Below, piece by piece: positions 15,866 through 24,530 of a DNA stretch of 37,820 nt. Every line of letters starts with the position of its first letter. Within the stretch, counting starts at the first letter, position 1. Source of the stretch: a virus (taxonomy: Duplodnaviria > Caudoviricetes). A program made the translations under genes and the position numbers. The DNA lies in the IMG/VR virus record IMGVR_UViG_3300024187_000016, positions 1 to 37,820 of that record. One strand, written 5' to 3'. A model generated the notes under the pieces. It saw nothing but the letters and a program-made list of their open reading frames with translations. It was not told the origin of the DNA and did no database searches.

Positions 15866-16762
15866 AGAACGTGCGAGCGGTGCGGGAAATCGCATCGCCA
15901 GCGGAACAGTCCGATCTGCGGTGCCTGCCGGCGACAAGACAGCAAGCGGCCATGCCCCGTCGAGGGCTGCGCGACGCTGATCGGCCCTGCGGCGCGAACC
16001 TGCCTCCAGCATCGGCGTTTCGCGGCGACGTGGTCGTACAGCGAGTGCCGCGAGTGTGGCGGGCCGGCGCGCGGCAACATCCCGGCCTGTCCGTCCTGTC
16101 GTCAATCCATTCGCGTCTTGTGTGCCTGTGGGTGTGGCCGTTATCGGAAGAAGTACGGCCCGTCGGGGCAGGTCTACGAGTACGTGTCGGGGCACAACGA
16201 CAACTGGCGGACCGCGCGGCCTCCGCTGGCTACGTGCGCGGCGTGCGGCGAGAAGTTCAAGGCTGCCAGCAGTCGCACGCGGCTGTGCAGCACGGCCTGT
16301 CGTACGGCGTGGTTGACCATGAATCCCCCCAACGAGCGAAAGCGGGTGCCTGTGCCCTGCGCGGTCTGCGGCACCGAGGTTATCCGCCCTCTGAGCAAAG
16401 TGGGGAAGGGGGCCGACTCGGTCTGCGGGAGGACCTGTCAGTACATCCTCGTCGCAAACAAGCTGCGCGAGCGCCCAGTAACCGACACGAAACGGCTTGC
16501 GTTTCAGCGGGACGACGGGGCCTGTCAGCTGTGCGGCTTCGAGCAGTTCGTGCACGTTCACCATATTTGGCCCAGGCACAAGGGCGGGTCGGATGTGCTG
16601 GAGAATCTGATCACGCTCTGCCCGAACCATCACGCGATGATCCATGCCGGCCTGTTGTCGGTGGCCGTGTCTCATGAGCGAGCCGCAGCCGTTGGAGCCT
16701 GCGACCGACCGCGCGGCGACCGACGGGTCCGACTGCCAGCCAGGGAGCAGCGCGGGGCCTGA
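15863..16762 (+). CDS. HNH endonuclease with multiple N-terminal zinc-finger modules
   Basis: Many CxxC pairs. C-terminal QRDDGACQLCG...VHVHHI....GGSD..ENLITLCPNHHAMIH has an intact HNH. Overlaps terS by about 90 nt. Confidence 0.9.
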   Translation: MRTCERCGKSHRQRNSPICGACRRQDSKRPCPVEGCATLIGPAARTCLQHRRFAATWSYSECRECGGPARGNIPACPSCRQSIRVLCACGCGRYRKKYGPSGQVYEYVSGHNDNWRTARPPLATCAACGEKFKAASSRTRLCSTACRTAWLTMNPPNERKRVPVPCAVCGTEVIRPLSKVGKGADSVCGRTCQYILVANKLRERPVTDTKRLAFQRDDGACQLCGFEQFVHVHHIWPRHKGGSDVLENLITLCPNHHAMIHAGLLSVAVSHERAAAVGACDRPRGDRRVRLPAREQRGA

Positions 16763-17180
16763 CACGCGGCGACGAGGCCGCCCGAGCAAGTACACGCCTG
16801 AGCGCGTGAAGCGGATCACGGACGCGCTTAGCGCCGGGAACTCGCGCAAGGCGGCTGCTGCGTACGGCGGGATCTCGGACGACGCGCTCGGCTCGTGGAT
16901 GCGGCGTTTCGCGGATTTCGCGGACGCCGTTAAAAGCGCCGAGGCAGATGCGGAGGTCTCTCACGTCGCGAACATCGCCCGCGCTGCGAACGACGGCACA
17001 TGGCAGGCGTCGGCCTGGTGGCTCGAGCGGCGCCGACATGCCGAGTGGGGGAAGGTCGACCGGCTCGAGATCGAGATCCGCCGAGCCGCCGAGCGCATGG
17101 CCGCGCAGAGCGGCGCTGACCCGGACTGGCTGATCAAGCGCGCGGCCGAGATCGTCGCCGCGTCTGAGCGGGGCGACTGA
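16674..17180 (+). CDS. terS: Terminase small subunit
   Basis: GRPSKYTPE...I..AL..G HTH and WQASAWWLERR motif; lies upstream of terL. Confidence 0.85.
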   Translation: MSEPQPLEPATDRAATDGSDCQPGSSAGPDTRRRGRPSKYTPERVKRITDALSAGNSRKAAAAYGGISDDALGSWMRRFADFADAVKSAEADAEVSHVANIARAANDGTWQASAWWLERRRHAEWGKVDRLEIEIRRAAERMAAQSGADPDWLIKRAAEIVAASERGD

Positions 17181-17199
17181 TGAGCAGCGACGCGCAGCC

Positions 17200-17556
17200 A
17201 TGAATGGTCCCGTCAGTGATTGGGAGTGGTGGGCGATGGGCGATGAGGCCCCGTCGGTTCTACGCCTGTGGGGCAATGACTGGCAGGCAAGTCGCGAGCC
17301 ACTGACGCCGGAGCAGATCGAGGCAACCTGCATCGCGCTGCGCGTTCGGCGAGCAGGATATACCCGCGCAGGCGTCCAGACTATCCGTCGTCTGGCCGGC
17401 GACCTGCTGGAGGGGCGCGCCCGCGAAGCGCGTCTGCTGATGGTGTTGCGGGAGATACGACAACGGCTCGCCGAGGGCGATACAGCGGGGGCGAGCGCGC
17501 TCATTGCTAGCGTGCTCGATCCGAGCCCGACGGGGCTGCGAAAGGCTCCGCGCTGA
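17200..17556 (+). CDS. Hypothetical protein between terS and terL
   Basis: Fills the gap between the terminase genes and is TGATG-coupled to terL. Confidence 0.55.
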   Translation: MNGPVSDWEWWAMGDEAPSVLRLWGNDWQASREPLTPEQIEATCIALRVRRAGYTRAGVQTIRRLAGDLLEGRAREARLLMVLREIRQRLAEGDTAGASALIASVLDPSPTGLRKAPR

Positions 17557-18884
17557 TGCCGCGCTACTCGTCGGCCGTCCTGGACGCGCTCCCGCTCGCC
17601 GGCGCGGAGTGGGAAGCGCTCCAGCTCGCGGCGCGGGCCGCGCTCGCGCTCGACGCGACCGGCGAGTCATGGACGCCGTACCCGCATCAGATCGCGCCGC
17701 CGGGCGACTGGGATCTGTGGCTGTTGCTCGGCGGCCGTGGGGCCGGCAAGACCGACGCCGCGGCGCATGCGACGAACCTGCACGTCTCCGGGCCGCCGTG
17801 CTTGCCGGGCATCCCTGGCGGGCACCGGATCGCGATCGTTGCGCCGACGCTCGGCGACGCGACCGAAGCGTGTGTCAACGGCCCGAGCGGACTGCGGAAG
17901 CACAATCCCGGCGTACGGCTGGTCTCGCGGCTCGGCGGGACGTTCGTCGTCTGGCCGAGCGGCGCTGAGGCGAAGCTGTTCGGCGCCTATGGCCCCGAGG
18001 ACGTCGAGCGCCTGCGAGCGGGCGGCAATCGCTGCTGGGCCTGGATGGAAGAGCTCGCGGCGTGGCCGAAGCTCGACGAGTGCTATGACCACCTCCAGTT
18101 TGGCCTGCGTCTCGGGCCGCACCCGCGAGCGGTCGCATCGACGACGCCGAAGCCGCGCCCACTGATCAAGCGGCTTGCCGCGGATAGCGGGCATGTTGCC
18201 GTGACGCGGGCCACGACGGCAGACAACCCGCACCTGGCGGAGCGCGTTCGGGCCAGCTATTACGAGCGCTACGGCGGCACTCGGCTCGGGCGTCAGGAGC
18301 TCGGCGGCGAGATCCTGACCGACAATCCCGGCGCGCTCTGGACGTACGCCATGCTCGACGACCGCCGTCCAGCCCCCGACGACCTGGCGCGCTGCGTCAT
18401 CGCCGTCGACCCCTCTGGCGGGTCGGACCCCGAGAACGACGAGCAGGGCATCATCGCGGCCGGCCTGGGCGTTGACGGCCGCGGCTACGTGCTGGCCGAC
18501 CGTTCCTGCCGGCTCTCGCCGGACGGCTGGGGACGCCGCGCCGTCCAGGCGTACGTCGACTTCAAGGCTGATGCGATCGTCGCCGAGGCGAACTACGGCG
18601 GAGATATGGTCTCGGCCGTCGTCAAGACGGCTGCGCGTGACATGGGCGTGACGATCGTCTACAAGGCCGTGCATGCTAGCCGCGGCAAGGCGGTGCGTGC
18701 GCAGCCGGTTTCGGCGCTCTACGAACAGGGAAAGGTGTCACACTGTGACGTGTTCGCCGAGCTGGAGGAAGAACTGACGTCCTGGACGACGGAGAGCGGC
18801 CGCTCTCCGAACCGCCTCGATGCGTTAGTCTGGGCAGCAAGCGAACTGCTGGTCAAAGATCAGCGCGCGGTCTACGTGTACTAG
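17556..18884 (+). CDS. terL: Terminase large subunit
   Basis: Q motif (PYPHQ), Walker A GGRGAGKT, Walker B WAWMEE, STTP coupling motif, and nuclease motifs IAVDP and SPNRLDALVWA. Confidence 0.96.
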   Translation: MPRYSSAVLDALPLAGAEWEALQLAARAALALDATGESWTPYPHQIAPPGDWDLWLLLGGRGAGKTDAAAHATNLHVSGPPCLPGIPGGHRIAIVAPTLGDATEACVNGPSGLRKHNPGVRLVSRLGGTFVVWPSGAEAKLFGAYGPEDVERLRAGGNRCWAWMEELAAWPKLDECYDHLQFGLRLGPHPRAVASTTPKPRPLIKRLAADSGHVAVTRATTADNPHLAERVRASYYERYGGTRLGRQELGGEILTDNPGALWTYAMLDDRRPAPDDLARCVIAVDPSGGSDPENDEQGIIAAGLGVDGRGYVLADRSCRLSPDGWGRRAVQAYVDFKADAIVAEANYGGDMVSAVVKTAARDMGVTIVYKAVHASRGKAVRAQPVSALYEQGKVSHCDVFAELEEELTSWTTESGRSPNRLDALVWAASELLVKDQRAVYVY

Positions 18885-18899
18885 CGGGAGGTGATCGCC

Positions 18900-20903
18900 G
18901 TGGGCGTCTGGGATTGGATCGGCCCGCTGAACGCGGGATCGAAGCGCCGCGGCTGGGACGCGCTGCCTGCTGCGATCGAGACCAAGGCGTCGCCAGCGTC
19001 CGTGGCACCGCCGCCGACGCAGATCACGACGCTGACGTACACGCCGCCAGGCTGGCAGTTCGCCTACGACGGCGGCAGCCAGACCGCCATGAACAGTGCC
19101 GTCGCGGCCTGCTTGCAGGCGATCGCCACGGCCATTGCGGAGCCGGAGCTGCGGCTCTATCGTGCCGACGGGAGCGATCGCGTCGAAGTCGACGCCGGCG
19201 AGCTCGGGCACCTGCTGGAGCACCCGAACCCGTACATGAGCCTGGATACGCTGCTCGGGTATCTGGCGACCTGCTTGCACGTCGACGGTAACGCCTACTG
19301 GCGGAAGCTCCGCTCCGGCGACCCGGAGACCGGCCCCGTCGTCGAGCTCTGGCCAATCTCACCGACCCGGATGACGGTCGAGACCCAGAGCGGCTCGGGC
19401 GACTTTATCACCCGCTACCGCTATGCGCCGGGCAGCAAGCCGTCCGAGACGATCAGCCCGTCGAACATCGTCCACTTCCGGTACGGCCTCAACGACCGCG
19501 ATCACCGGCTCGGCGCAGCACCGCTCACACGGTTGGTCCGCGAGATCAGCTCCGATGACCAGGCGACGCGCTACGCCGACCGCCTGCTGGCGAACCTGGC
19601 GATTAACGGGCTGACGCTCTCGTTCGACAAGGAGGCACCGCCGATCGACCAGGCGACGGCCGACGAGCTCAAGGCCCGGATTCAGGCGGCCTATGGTGGC
19701 GACAACGTCGGCGGCGCGGCGGTGCTCTCGCCGGGGGCGAAGCTCGACGCGCTCGGCTTCTCGCCGGAGCAGATGAGCATGGAGATTCTGCATCGGGTGC
19801 CAGAGGAGCGGATCTCGGCCGTGCTCGGCGTCCCAGCCATCGTCGCGGGGCTCGGCGCCGGCTTGCAGCGGGCGACCTATAGCAACGTCCGCGAAGCTAG
19901 AGAGATGTTTACCGAGCAAAAGCTAATCCCGCTCTGGCGGGCGCTTGCCGCCGAGATCACGCTGCAACTGGTGCCGGACTTCGACAGCTCCGGACGGACG
20001 CTCGTCGACTTCGACATCACGACCGTCCGAGCACTCGGCGACGACCAGAACGCCGCGGCGACCCGACTCAAGACGCTGGTCGAGGCCGGCATCCTGACAG
20101 CCGACGAGGCGCGCATCGAGATCGGGTACGAGCCGCGGCCGCAACAGGACGTCCTGCCGTCGCCGGTCGCCCTGCCGGCCGCCGCATCCCGCCGCCTGGT
20201 GCGCGCGCTGGTGCCGGACCGGAAAGCGGCCGAGGATCTGCCGGATCGCTACGCCGACCTTCGCTCTGCCACGCTCCCAACCTGGGAGGACGAGCTGGTT
20301 GCGTTCTTCGCAGCCCAGCAGCGGCGCGTGAACGCTCGGCTGCGCGCCGGCGCCGACGTGGCGTCGGATCTGGTCACCGAGGGCGAGGCCGTGCTGCTCG
20401 AGGCCACGCTCGAGCCGCTCCAACGCTCGCTGCTGGGCGCCGTCTCGCGGATCGTCGAGGCCGAGCTGGCGATCAGCTTCCAGCTCGACGACGCGGCGAC
20501 GCGGCACTTTTTGCGGACGGCCGGCGTCAACATTGGCGGCATCACCGAGACGACCCGCCGTGCGGTCCAGGATGCACTGCTCGCAGGGCAGGAGGCCGGC
20601 GAGGGCATCCCAGAGCTTGCGCGCCGGCTGCGTGGCCTGCCGTCGTTCAGCCAGGCTCGAGGGCGCGTTGTTGCACGCAGCGAGCTTGGCACGTCGCAGA
20701 ACACCGCGGCGATCGCCAGTTATCGGGCGTCTGGGGTCGTGGTCGGTGTGCGCGTGCTCGATGGTGATTACGACGACGCCTGCGCCGCGATGAACGGGCG
20801 GACGTTCACGCTCGGCCAGGAGCCGGCGGCGCTCCAGCACCCGAACTGTACGCGCGCCATGCTCCCGATTACGGACGCCGACGAGCTCACACGCTCAGCC
20901 TAG
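18900..20903 (+). CDS. HK97-type portal fused to a MuF (gpF/SPP1 gp7-like) minor head domain
   Basis: Portal motifs (NSAVAAC, LLEHPNPYMS, GNAYW, ELWPI.P, IVHFR, GVP, YSN, T.DEAR), then VARSE...C..MNG...HPNCTR. GGGAGGTGAT RBS before GTG 18900. Confidence 0.93.
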   Translation: MGVWDWIGPLNAGSKRRGWDALPAAIETKASPASVAPPPTQITTLTYTPPGWQFAYDGGSQTAMNSAVAACLQAIATAIAEPELRLYRADGSDRVEVDAGELGHLLEHPNPYMSLDTLLGYLATCLHVDGNAYWRKLRSGDPETGPVVELWPISPTRMTVETQSGSGDFITRYRYAPGSKPSETISPSNIVHFRYGLNDRDHRLGAAPLTRLVREISSDDQATRYADRLLANLAINGLTLSFDKEAPPIDQATADELKARIQAAYGGDNVGGAAVLSPGAKLDALGFSPEQMSMEILHRVPEERISAVLGVPAIVAGLGAGLQRATYSNVREAREMFTEQKLIPLWRALAAEITLQLVPDFDSSGRTLVDFDITTVRALGDDQNAAATRLKTLVEAGILTADEARIEIGYEPRPQQDVLPSPVALPAAASRRLVRALVPDRKAAEDLPDRYADLRSATLPTWEDELVAFFAAQQRRVNARLRAGADVASDLVTEGEAVLLEATLEPLQRSLLGAVSRIVEAELAISFQLDDAATRHFLRTAGVNIGGITETTRRAVQDALLAGQEAGEGIPELARRLRGLPSFSQARGRVVARSELGTSQNTAAIASYRASGVVVGVRVLDGDYDDACAAMNGRTFTLGQEPAALQHPNCTRAMLPITDADELTRSA

Positions 20904-20919
20904 CCAGGAGGATGCAGGC

Positions 20920-21174
20920 ATGCACGCACAAGAGCCCATCCGCGAGGCGGTCATGATCAGCCCTGCCGCCATCGAGGCAACCGAGCGGCGGCGCGCGCTG
21001 GGCCTGCTGCTGGTCGGGATCGGCGCTCTGATCTTCGCGGCTGCCGTCCTGCTCTACGTGCTCTGGTTGATCCTCAGCCCCCCGAAGGCGACGGGGTTTG
21101 ATGCCGATGGCGTCCGCTGTTACAAGGCGGCCCAGACGATGAGCTGTATCAAGACGGCCGAACCGCCGCGATGA
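20920..21174 (+). CDS. Single-TM membrane protein with a C-terminal Cys pair
   Basis: AGGAGG RBS, a long hydrophobic helix and CY...SC. Confidence 0.65.
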   Translation: MHAQEPIREAVMISPAAIEATERRRALGLLLVGIGALIFAAAVLLYVLWLILSPPKATGFDADGVRCYKAAQTMSCIKTAEPPR

Positions 21175-21566
21175 GCGAGCGCGTGGAGCGCAACTGCCGT
21201 CACTGTGGCCGCGTGACGATGATGTCTCGGTACGTCCGGTATCGGTACCAGCATTGCGAGCCGTGCCAGACGGCGTACCGCGTGCGCCTGTTTCGCCTCG
21301 AGGCTGCCTTGGCCACACGGTATCCGCGACTCATGGAGAGCGGCCTGGGGAAACGGTGCATCAGGCCGCTCGCATCGGCGTACGCCTGGGAGGGCATCGA
21401 GGGCGTGGCCGCGGCGCACGATGCAGCACTGCTTGTGATCGAGGACTTTGGGCCGCGCATGTTGGCCGTCTTCCGCGCAGCATGTCCTCCGCCGCCGGCC
21501 GAGCGCACCTGGGCGCCAGAGCCAGACTGGGCCGAGCACGCGGCGATGGTGGCGCTGGGATCATGA
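21171..21566 (+). CDS. Zinc ribbon fused to an RNA polymerase alpha-CTD-like helical domain
   Basis: CRHC...CEPC, then SGLGKRCIRPL...GIEGVAAAHDAALLVIEDFGPRMLAVF, which parallels the alpha-CTD/HhH pattern L..R..N.L...I......LL.I.NFG.KSL. Confidence 0.55.
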   Translation: MSERVERNCRHCGRVTMMSRYVRYRYQHCEPCQTAYRVRLFRLEAALATRYPRLMESGLGKRCIRPLASAYAWEGIEGVAAAHDAALLVIEDFGPRMLAVFRAACPPPPAERTWAPEPDWAEHAAMVALGS

Positions 21567-22207
21567 ACGGCCGTCGGCTGGTCTCCGTCATCACGCCGAC
21601 CTGGCAGCGTGCGGAACTGCTGGCCGCCGCAATCCAGAACGTTCGCCTGCAGACGTACCGGCCGCTCGAGCACGTGATCGTCTCCGACGGCGACGATCGC
21701 GAGACGGCCCGCGTGGCGGTCTCGGCGCTCGATTGCGCGCTGTTCTCCGACCCGAGCCGAGATGTCCGCGTCCGCTACGTGCCGCTCGGCCGCAACTGGT
21801 CGTCGTTCCTGCCGGCGTCGTTCGCCGCCGCCCCCATGACGGTCGGCATGTTGCTCGCCTCCGGCACGTATCAGACCTGGCTTGCCGATGACGAGTGGAT
21901 GACGCTTGATCACATCGAGGGCCTGGTCAACGCCCTCGAAGCGGCCGACGCCGACCTGGCCTACAGTCGCGTCCGCATGTACCGCAACGGCTCTACCCCA
22001 GATCAGGGGTACGATATCGGCACCGAGCCGCCGGAGCTCGGGCAGATCACGAATGTCCTCTACCGCGCGGAGTTGCTCAAGCATGGCCTCTACCCGTTCG
22101 GCGCTGGCATGACGTCGGACTGGGCGTGCATCGAGCGCTGGCTGGCCGCTGGCGCGCGCTGCGCATTCGTGCCGCGCGTGACGCTCACGCACCGGGTGGA
22201 TCACTGA
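21563..22207 (+). CDS. Glycosyltransferase family 2 (GT-A)
   Basis: LVSVITPTWQR..LL...I..V..QTY..LEHVIVSDG, a DxD-like WLADDE, and SDW. Confidence 0.9.
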   Translation: MNGRRLVSVITPTWQRAELLAAAIQNVRLQTYRPLEHVIVSDGDDRETARVAVSALDCALFSDPSRDVRVRYVPLGRNWSSFLPASFAAAPMTVGMLLASGTYQTWLADDEWMTLDHIEGLVNALEAADADLAYSRVRMYRNGSTPDQGYDIGTEPPELGQITNVLYRAELLKHGLYPFGAGMTSDWACIERWLAAGARCAFVPRVTLTHRVDH

Positions 22208-22398
22208 TGGCCTTCGAGAAACTCAGCATTACCCTCGAGGTCGGCGAGTACGAGGCGCTCTCTCAGCTCGCAGAACGGGAGCTGCGCTCAATACCACAGC
22301 AAGCACGATTCCACATCCGCGAGGCGCTTATCGCCGCGGGCCTGCTCACTCCAGGGGGCGCCGTCACGTGGTCGCGCTCGATTTCGTCGGATCGCTGA
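22207..22398 (+). CDS. Ribbon-helix-helix (Arc-like) regulator
   Basis: KLSITL strand followed by YEALSQLAERELRSIPQQARFHIREAL; TGATG coupling. Confidence 0.7.
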   Translation: MAFEKLSITLEVGEYEALSQLAERELRSIPQQARFHIREALIAAGLLTPGGAVTWSRSISSDR

Positions 22399-22399
22399 C

Positions 22400-23050
22400 A
22401 TGGCGAGCTGGACCGAGGCGAAGGCGGTGATTGGCACCGAGCGCGTGCTGCTCGGGCCGCAGGCGTCGCAGCAGTGGCTCGCGGCGCCCGAGCATCTCGC
22501 GATGGTGCTGGCCCGCTACCGCGCGGCGGCGGCCCTGATCGGCGGGGCTGATCACGTGCTAGAGGTAGGCTGCGGCGAAGGGATCGGGGCGCGCATCCTG
22601 GCGGACGGACGGTCGTGGTATGTCGGCATCGACACCGATGGGGACGCGATCCAGGTCGCGCAGTCGCACGATCTGTCTGACACGACGGAGTCGCTCTTCC
22701 AGCAGCGCGACGTCGGCGTCGTTGAGCCCGTGGACTACGATGCCGTCGTCGCGCTCGACGTCATCGAACACGTCCAGGACGGCACGGCGTTCCTGCGCAC
22801 GCTCGCCGAGCATGTGTCACCGCACGGCGTCTGCGTCATTGGCACGCCGAGCGCGCGCTTCGACCACCTGGCATCGCCGCAGAGCCGGAGCGGCCACGTC
22901 GCAACGTACACCCACGACGAGCTGTACGAGCTGATGGAGCATCACTTCCGCGTCGTCCAGTCCTTCGGCATGCAAGACACCGCGCTGCATCTCGGGCACC
23001 CCGAGGCGCGCCACTACCTGCTCATGTGTGGGATCGGGCCCCGTGGCTGA
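22400..23050 (+). CDS. Class I SAM-dependent methyltransferase (non-DNA type)
   Basis: ARY, VLEVGCGEG, YVGID, YDAVVALDVIEHV and G...IGTP motifs. Confidence 0.92.
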   Translation: MASWTEAKAVIGTERVLLGPQASQQWLAAPEHLAMVLARYRAAAALIGGADHVLEVGCGEGIGARILADGRSWYVGIDTDGDAIQVAQSHDLSDTTESLFQQRDVGVVEPVDYDAVVALDVIEHVQDGTAFLRTLAEHVSPHGVCVIGTPSARFDHLASPQSRSGHVATYTHDELYELMEHHFRVVQSFGMQDTALHLGHPEARHYLLMCGIGPRG

Positions 23051-24173
23051 GCGATTGACGGGGCCGCGCATGTTGGGGCTCGTCGGCGATATGTCTGGGC
23101 CGAGTCTGTGGCGCGTGCTCCAGCCGTTCACGGCGCTCCAGGCCGCGGGCTACCCGTGCGGCTGGGATCGGAAGGACGCGCCCGGCATCGGGGAGATCGC
23201 GCCGGCCTTCGACGGCTTCGTGCTGCCGCGCATGTCCTGGCCGCCGCCTCAGCGCCGGATTGCCGAAGCCTGGTTCGCCGCCCTCAGAGCGGCCAGGCGC
23301 TTCGTGGTCTACGATGCGGATGACGACGTCTTCACCAGTCAACTGTCGTTCAGAACGATCGAGCTCGGCTGGTCGGAGGGCAAATCCTTCCCCGAGCTCG
23401 AGGCTGAGCGCTTTCAGCGGATCTGGGCCATGCAGCAGTGTGACGGCGTCACCGTCAGCACGCAGCGGCTCGCCACGGTCGTCCGTAGCTACACGGACAA
23501 GCCCGTGATCGTCGTCCCCAATGCGATTGACGTTCCGTGGTTCCGGCGCGTTCTGGGGGCCACCACGCGCCAGCAGCACGGACTGACGATCGGCTGGGCC
23601 GGCGGGCGTCGGCCGGATGCGGACCTGGCGCCGATGGCCGCGGCCTGGGGGCGGATCGCTCGGCGGTTTCCAGCTTGCCCCGAGCGAGGAACGAGCCGAG
23701 GGGTGACGTTCGTCGTCCAGGGCCATGTGCCGGCCGTCGTCACGGAACAGGTGCCGGCTGAGCGCCTGGTCCTGCTGCCGTGGATGCCGCTTGAGCAGTA
23801 CCCGGCCGGGCTCAAGGAGATCGACATCGGCTGTGCGGCCGTCACCGACGATCGCTTCAACCGCTGTAAATCGACGATCAAGGCGATGGAGTACGCCGTC
23901 GCGGGCGCGGCCGTGGTGGCGACGCCAACCGTCTACGGCAGCATCATCGAGCACGGCCAGAACGGCTACCTGGCCGAAACGGCCGACGAGTGGGAGCACG
24001 CGCTCTCGGAGCTGGTCTCGCGGCCAGCGCTGCGCTCGATCATGCGGACCCGGCTGCGCAAGCGCGTGGAGCGGAAGCATAGCCTGACGGCGAATCTCTG
24101 GCGCTGGCCTCAAGCCTGGCAGACGATCGCCGAGGATGCGAGAGCCCGCCGGGGACGGTTGGTGACGGTGTGA
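23043..24173 (+). CDS. GT-B (family 4-like) glycosyltransferase
   Basis: VVYDADDD, CDGVTVST..L, VVPNAID, IGWAGG, FNRCKSTIKAMEYAVAGAAVVAT and IEHGQNGYL. Confidence 0.9.
   Translation: MAERLTGPRMLGLVGDMSGPSLWRVLQPFTALQAAGYPCGWDRKDAPGIGEIAPAFDGFVLPRMSWPPPQRRIAEAWFAALRAARRFVVYDADDDVFTSQLSFRTIELGWSEGKSFPELEAERFQRIWAMQQCDGVTVSTQRLATVVRSYTDKPVIVVPNAIDVPWFRRVLGATTRQQHGLTIGWAGGRRPDADLAPMAAAWGRIARRFPACPERGTSRGVTFVVQGHVPAVVTEQVPAERLVLLPWMPLEQYPAGLKEIDIGCAAVTDDRFNRCKSTIKAMEYAVAGAAVVATPTVYGSIIEHGQNGYLAETADEWEHALSELVSRPALRSIMRTRLRKRVERKHSLTANLWRWPQAWQTIAEDARARRGRLVTV
23673..23703 (+). repeat. REP-like short repeat inserted in frame in the GT4 gene
   Basis: GCTTGCCCCGAGCGAGGAACGAGCCGAGGGG encodes ACPERGTSRG and interrupts RRFP-x-VTFVVQG. 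It resembles the GC(T/C)TGCCCTGAGC...GTCGAAGGG repeat type. Confidence 0.65.
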
Positions 24174-24364
24174 TTGAGAACTGCCGCGACTGCACGTGGT
24201 GGAAGTCAATCGAGGACGTCGAGCCCGGTCTGGGGATCTGCACCATGCTGTCAACGTTTGATGACGATCGCCGCCCGATCCAGCTCCACATGGGATACGG
24301 GCGCGGTCAGATCATTGCGGTAGGTGAGCTCTTCGGGTGCAAGTTCTTTGAGGCTCGGGGCTAG
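24170..24364 (+). CDS. Small four-Cys protein
   Basis: CRDCTWW...GIC...FGCKFF; GTGA overlap with the upstream gene. Confidence 0.65.
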   Translation: MIENCRDCTWWKSIEDVEPGLGICTMLSTFDDDRRPIQLHMGYGRGQIIAVGELFGCKFFEARG

Positions 24365-24366
24365 CC

Positions 24367-24525
24367 GTGGCCGCCTCGTCGTGGCGTGAGCCGACGCCGC
24401 CAGCGGTGCTCACGGTCGAGCGCTGCAAGGCCTGCCGGCGCCGGCTCGGCGACTTCGACGGCAAGGGTCGCGCCGAGATCGTCTGCCCGAAGTGCGGCGT
24501 GATGAACACCATCCGCCCAAAGTAG
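24367..24525 (+). CDS. Mu Com-like zinc-ribbon RNA-binding protein, 52 aa, not in the ORF track
   Basis: Manual translation ...VERCKACRRRLGDFDGKGRAEIVCPKCGVMNTIRPK fits the Com pattern RCxxCxxLL...EIxCPxCxxxN. Confidence 0.8.
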   Translation: MAASSWREPTPPAVLTVERCKACRRRLGDFDGKGRAEIVCPKCGVMNTIRPK

Positions 24526-24530
24526 ACCGC

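Noticed and set aside
15802-16673. Group I intron carrying the HNH inside the ParB-like gene
   Set aside because: No downstream exon continuing the ParB sequence, and no non-coding room for a ribozyme core.
15598-16677. 359-aa track ORF as a real folded protein
   Set aside because: Beyond the short ParB-like start it is an off-frame shadow of the HNH gene. Kept only as a possible coupling device.
22207-22398. RHH protein as the antitoxin of a toxin-antitoxin pair
   Set aside because: Its neighbours are a glycosyltransferase and a methyltransferase; no toxin-like gene is adjacent.
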